A stretch of DNA of 64,000 bases from Pedobacter sp. GTDB taxonomy: Bacteria; Desulfobacterota; Desulfuromonadia; Desulfuromonadales; Syntrophotaleaceae. A model generated the notes under the pieces. The model searched no databases, was not told the DNA's origin, and saw only the letters and a list, made by a program, of their open reading frames with translations. Shown here in pieces: positions 59,819 to 64,000 of this stretch; position 1 is the stretch's first letter, and each line of letters starts with the position of its first letter. The stretch lies in NCBI GenBank assembly GCA_050253415.1, contig JBFWJC010000003.1, positions 64,001 to 128,000 of the forward strand. Reading direction: 5' to 3'. A program made the position numbers and the translations under genes.

Positions 59819-62113
59819 TTATGATACCTGCTCTATGCTTATAGACTGGTTGTTGTGGTTGGACAGAAAAGACTCAACTTTTTCCACCGGCATCGGTCGG
59901 GCAAAATAATATCCCTGCATCTCGAAGCATCCCCGTTGATGCAAAAACATCATCTGCTCCTCTGTTTCGACACCCTCTGCAATGACCTTCAGTCCAAGAC
60001 GGTCAGCCATAACCATGATGGTTTCGACAATGGCTGCGTCGTCTTTGTCGGCAGGAATATCTCTGACGAAATCCTGGGCGATTTTTATCCGGTCGATGGG
60101 GGAGTTTTTCAGGTAACTCAGGGATGAGTATCCCGTGCCGAAATCGTCTATGGAAATTTGGACCCCGCGCATTTTTAGATCGACGAGAATTTCGATGGCG
60201 TTATCCAGGTTTTCCATGAAGACGCTTTCGGTAATTTCCAGTTCCAGAAAATGAGGCTCCAATCCGGAAAGTTCCAGCGCTTCTTCAATGCGTTCCACTA
60301 ATCCGGGTTGTCTGAATTGCTGGGCGGACAGGTTGACGGCCATGCGCATGGGGGGGAACCCCATGTGCCGCCACTTCATGGCCTGATGGCAGGTTGTGCG
60401 CAATATCCAGTCGCCCATGGCATGGATCAACCCCGTTTCCTCGGCTACGGGAATAAACATGCCGGGCGCGATAACGCCTGTCTCCGGGTGCTGCCAGCGT
60501 ACCAACGCCTCCACCGCGATAATGTCCCCCGTCCGTAGGTCGACCTGAGGTTGGTAGACCAGGAAAAATTCTTCATTTCTTATGGCGCGGCGCAATCCTG
60601 CTTCGAGATGGTGGCGTTCGATAACCTTGCGGTGAATCTCGTCGGTGAAAAAGCGATAGGTGTTGCGTCCTGATTTTTTGGCTTCGTACATGGCCATGTC
60701 GGCATTTTTCAGGAGGGTTTCCGAATCCCTGCCGTTTTGAGGGAACAAAGCAATGCCGATGCTTCCCGATGTGTAACATTGGAATTCGCCCAAATCGAAG
60801 GGAGTTTCGCTCAAAGCTGTGAGTATCTCATTCGCTCTGTGGGCAGCTTCAGCGAAATTTTGCACGTCGGTCAGCACCAGCACGAACTCATCACCTCCGA
60901 GCCGTGCCAGGGTGTCTCGACCGTTCAGTAGCTTGCGAAACCGGGAAGTAAGCTGTATCAGTAATTCATCGCCTTTGGCATGGCCGCTCGTGTCGTTGAT
61001 CTGCTTGAAATCGTCAAGGTCCAGCATGCATACGGCGATCGCTTCGGATCCGAGCGATGCTTGCTTGAGCGCCTGGTCCATATGCTTTTTAAGTGCGATG
61101 CGATTGGGGAGTCCTGTCAACGCATCACAATAGGCGAACTGTCTGATTTCGCGCTCGCTTGCTTTTTTGCTGGTGACATCACTGAAGTAAGCTGTCAGCG
61201 ACAAGGGCCTCTGCGAGGTGTCTCTGGTCACAAAGGCCTGTACTTCCAATTCAAATACGGAGCCCCGGTTTCTTTGGGCGAGCAACTCGCCTTGCCATTT
61301 CCCTTCGGTTTTGAGCGCCTCAATGGCACGCAGCCCCTCTTGAGGCTCTTTCAGAAAGGAAGTGAACGACTTACCGAGCATTTCCAAGGCACAACTGTAG
61401 CCGAACAGTTCCAGCAGAGCTGGATTGGCATAGGTGACTGTACCATCCATGGTTGCCATGCCTACGGGATTACTGGATGAATCGATGGCGTATTGGGCAA
61501 GGAGCAGCTTTTCTTCCGCCAACTTGCGATCGGTAATATCGCGGATGGTCGAGCGACGCCCGAGTAGATGACCTCGAAAATCGCGCATTTGGCGGCACAG
61601 ATGTTCGACCCAGCGCGTTTCCGAATCAGCTGTCATGATTCGAAACTGGCGAAAGCATGAACGTTCATGGCAAATGGACTGCTTGTACAGGTCATAATCG
61701 TCAGGATAAACAATTCTTTCGAGGAGACCATGATCCTTCTGGAAGTCATCGGCGCAATAGCCGGTTATACGTTCGCAAGAAGGTGAGGTGTAGATCAGAT
61801 TTCCGTCCGGCGCAGTCCAGAATTCCCAATCGTAGGTGAAATCGGCAACCGTTTGAAACAGCTTCTCCTTTTCGCGTAGCGATTTGGTCGTGTTTCTGCA
61901 TGTTTTGATGGAATATAATAGGGCTATCGCCAAAAGTGAAAATACGCCGCTAATAATCAGAATAAGATGGATGCAGCTGAGGGAGGATATGTCCTGGTTG
62001 CCGGTTGCGCTAAAACCATTGCAGGGCACTCCCAGCAGCAGTCCCGTAGCCAACAGGCGAAAGGCTGATTTGAGGGGTTTTATAAAAGCGCCACTGCTTA
62101 TTTCGGTTTGCAT
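59819..62113 (-). CDS. PAS-PAS-GGDEF-EAL protein
   Basis: TM helix, two PAS domains, ARLGGDEF, VEALVRW, IDDFGTGYSSL. Start placed at ATG 62113 because the upstream in-frame extension crosses a riboswitch and terminator. Confidence 0.88.
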   Translation of the reverse strand: MQTEISSGAFIKPLKSAFRLLATGLLLGVPCNGFSATGNQDISSLSCIHLILIISGVFSLLAIALLYSIKTCRNTTKSLREKEKLFQTVADFTYDWEFWTAPDGNLIYTSPSCERITGYCADDFQKDHGLLERIVYPDDYDLYKQSICHERSCFRQFRIMTADSETRWVEHLCRQMRDFRGHLLGRRSTIRDITDRKLAEEKLLLAQYAIDSSSNPVGMATMDGTVTYANPALLELFGYSCALEMLGKSFTSFLKEPQEGLRAIEALKTEGKWQGELLAQRNRGSVFELEVQAFVTRDTSQRPLSLTAYFSDVTSKKASEREIRQFAYCDALTGLPNRIALKKHMDQALKQASLGSEAIAVCMLDLDDFKQINDTSGHAKGDELLIQLTSRFRKLLNGRDTLARLGGDEFVLVLTDVQNFAEAAHRANEILTALSETPFDLGEFQCYTSGSIGIALFPQNGRDSETLLKNADMAMYEAKKSGRNTYRFFTDEIHRKVIERHHLEAGLRRAIRNEEFFLVYQPQVDLRTGDIIAVEALVRWQHPETGVIAPGMFIPVAEETGLIHAMGDWILRTTCHQAMKWRHMGFPPMRMAVNLSAQQFRQPGLVERIEEALELSGLEPHFLELEITESVFMENLDNAIEILVDLKMRGVQISIDDFGTGYSSLSYLKNSPIDRIKIAQDFVRDIPADKDDAAIVETIMVMADRLGLKVIAEGVETEEQMMFLHQRGCFEMQGYYFARPMPVEKVESFLSNHNNQSISIEQVS

Positions 62114-62187
62114 TGGGTAAATCTTGGATAGGTGCCGTTTGCTGAATTTATTCAGCTTGAAAAGGCTGTTTCCTTGAGTCCACAACC

Positions 62188-62233
62188 AAAAAAAGCACCC
62201 AAAGGCCCTGGGATGCCAGGGATATCGGGTGCT
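62188..62233 (-). terminator. Leader terminator (riboswitch expression platform)
   Basis: Minus strand AGCACCCGA..CCCTGG-CATC-CCAGGG..TTGGGTGC followed by a T-tract. Confidence 0.7.
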
Positions 62234-62277
62234 GGATAAACGGTATAGTTGTAAGATTTTATATATATTTATGGTCA

Positions 62278-62360
62278 TTTCTTCGGTAACCCGGCTATCC
62301 CCTGGAAAGGACCCGTGGCTTTGCGTCACCGGGTTACCCCGGTTTTGCCAGTATCGGAAA
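62278..62360 (-). ncRNA. c-di-GMP-I (GEMM-I) riboswitch
   Basis: Minus strand GGCAAA-ACCGGG-GTAA-CCCGGT-GACGCAAAGCCACGGGTCC...GGATAGCCGGGTTACCGAAG. Confidence 0.92.
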
Positions 62361-62670
62361 TTTGTATGGCCCCATAATAGCCAGTGGAATTAAAATGTCC
62401 ACAAAAATAATTAAAAAAAATGATGCAAGGTGCCGAAAAGACAGATACCGAGACTCCTTTGTTTTCTACAGAGGTGAACGCTACGCAAAACTGGGATGAT
62501 ATTGACACGATTCCTGCATCGGGGGCTTGTTAGCTTGAAACTTACGCTAATGCCTGGTTCTTAACAAAATATTGACAGCCTGGAAGGGGATAATCCCCGG
62601 TTCCTGGTGGTGTGGTGGACCTTTACAGGGTCTTCTGGCGTTTCGTCGAATTTCGCGGAGAGTCAAGATT

Positions 62671-63645
62671 ATGAAACAATATGCTTCACAGGAGATTCTG
62701 CTGGAAAGCGGTACCAATGAAATGGAGATTCTCGAGTTTTACCTGGGAGGTCAATCGTTTGGTATCAATGTCCAGAAATTGCGGGAGATCATCTGTTACG
62801 ATCCTGCCAAACGTACAGCCATGCCGGAATCCCTGCCCTCGGTTCTCGGGGTCTATATGGTACGGGGGACGTCCATCCCGCTTGTTGATCTGACCAGCCA
62901 CCTGCGGCAGCGGACCGCCGTGGCTCCGGATGCTGATGCTCGCTGTATCGTGCTGGTTTGCCAGTTCAACCAGAAAGTGACGGGATTCCTTGTTGATGGT
63001 GTGAACCAGATCCACCGGGTTAACTGGCAGAATGTCGAGCCCATGGCATCGATCATCGAAAGATTCCGCCCTCGTTTTACCGGCACTATTCACGTCGAGG
63101 ATCGAGAAGTCCTGATCGTTGACCTCGAACACATCGTGGCCGAGGTGGATCCGGAAATGAGCATGTCCTTTGACCATGAAACGGAATCGGCTTCGGATTC
63201 ACTTGCGTTGCTTAAGCGTGGGAATATCGGGTTGATGATTGCCGAAGATTCCGTGATTATTCGTCTTGGCATTCAAAAGGTTCTGGCCAATGCCGGATAT
63301 GCCAATGTCAAAGCGTTTGCTGACGGGGAGGAATGCTATCAGGAATTGTTACGACTCAAGGAACAGTCGGATACCGAGGCGGAGTTTTTGAAACATACAC
63401 GGTTGCTGATTACCGATATCGAAATGCCACGCATGGACGGACTGACTCTGTGTCGCAGAATTCGCGAGGAGTTAGGCTTGAAGGATCTCAAAATTATCAT
63501 GTTTTCCTCTTTGGTTACGGATCAGATGGCCCACAAGTGCCGTTCGGTTGGCGCGGATACCTGGATAAGTAAACCTCAGATTCCCACCTTGGTAGAGCTT
63601 GTGGATGGTTACTGTCTTGGTGGAAAATCGCCTACGCAGAAGTAG
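62671..63645 (+). CDS. cheV: Chemotaxis protein CheV (CheW + receiver)
   Basis: ILLESGTNEMEILEF, FGINVQKLREI, AEDS, ITDIEMPRMDG, FSSL, SKP. Confidence 0.92.
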   Translation: MKQYASQEILLESGTNEMEILEFYLGGQSFGINVQKLREIICYDPAKRTAMPESLPSVLGVYMVRGTSIPLVDLTSHLRQRTAVAPDADARCIVLVCQFNQKVTGFLVDGVNQIHRVNWQNVEPMASIIERFRPRFTGTIHVEDREVLIVDLEHIVAEVDPEMSMSFDHETESASDSLALLKRGNIGLMIAEDSVIIRLGIQKVLANAGYANVKAFADGEECYQELLRLKEQSDTEAEFLKHTRLLITDIEMPRMDGLTLCRRIREELGLKDLKIIMFSSLVTDQMAHKCRSVGADTWISKPQIPTLVELVDGYCLGGKSPTQK

Positions 63646-63852
63646 TCCGATGTTTGTTGGTTGCATCACGATTTAACTGCAGAGATATTTCTGCCCATTT
63701 GTGTAGTCAATGTTGCATGTTTCATCAATGAGTCTATTTGTGGTTTTGTTGGACTGATCTAATCAGACGTAGTTTCTGTATATATTCTAAATATAAGCGG
63801 GTTGATATTTCTAACTTACATTGTTATAAGTCAATACATGATTCAATCAATA

Positions 63853-63936
63853 TTATTATTTTAACGGCAAACTCACAGTGATGTGGGGACGCAAAGCCAT
63901 GGGTCCTTTTATTCAGGATCGCCAGGTTACATAATG
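63853..63936 (+). ncRNA. c-di-GMP-I (GEMM-I) riboswitch
   Basis: GGCAAACTCACA-GTGA-TGTGGG-GACGCAAAGCCATGGGTCCT...AGGATCGCCAGGTTAC. Confidence 0.88.
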
Positions 63937-63950
63937 AACAAAATTAAACA

Positions 63951-63992
63951 AATAAAAGCCCATCTTTCTCGTTGAAGATGGGCTTTTATTTT
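63951..63992 (+). terminator. Intrinsic terminator after the riboswitch
   Basis: AATAAAAGCCCATCTT..AAGATGGGCTTTTATTTT. Confidence 0.8.
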
Positions 63993-64000
63993 GTGATTAG

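Noticed and set aside
62114..62329. N-terminal extension of the GGDEF-EAL ORF given in the track
   Set aside because: It runs through the riboswitch and leader terminator, so it is likely untranslated.
62278..63936. Assigning the two riboswitches to the cGAMP-sensing subclass
   Set aside because: Both appear to carry G, not A, at the specificity position by manual alignment.

Overview
Chromosomal window from an anaerobic deltaproteobacterium. Gene content and repeat types point to Desulfuromonadales (Pelobacter/Syntrophotalea/Geobacter-like); the taxonomy is inferred. The left part is a nitrogen-fixation locus: partial nifD, nifH, a polyamine module (XRE-cupin regulator, carboxy(nor)spermidine dehydrogenase, nspC, speA), and an ANTAR regulator-draT-draG operon facing a DraG paralogue that lacks its catalytic residues. 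The nifH leader carries a sigma54 promoter and an ANTAR twin-hairpin/terminator switch. Next come a 1,000-aa radical SAM-ArsM-like-DUF5714 fusion, a tungstate/molybdate ABC system with ModE-type boxes and two binding proteins, and a hopanoid cluster (hpnO, hpnN, hpnH, hpnG). That cluster embeds a periplasmic binding protein and a TatT-like lipoprotein, resembling the BstABC sterol shuttle. At about 42.4-45.8 kb is an integron cassette array with no intI in the window; one cassette encodes a secreted Ni-superoxide dismutase. The right part holds accessory enzymes, an aroL pseudogene, a GGDEF-EAL gene, cheV and two c-di-GMP-I riboswitches. No rRNA, tRNA or CRISPR array was seen. All calls come from motif recognition by eye; no database search was run.
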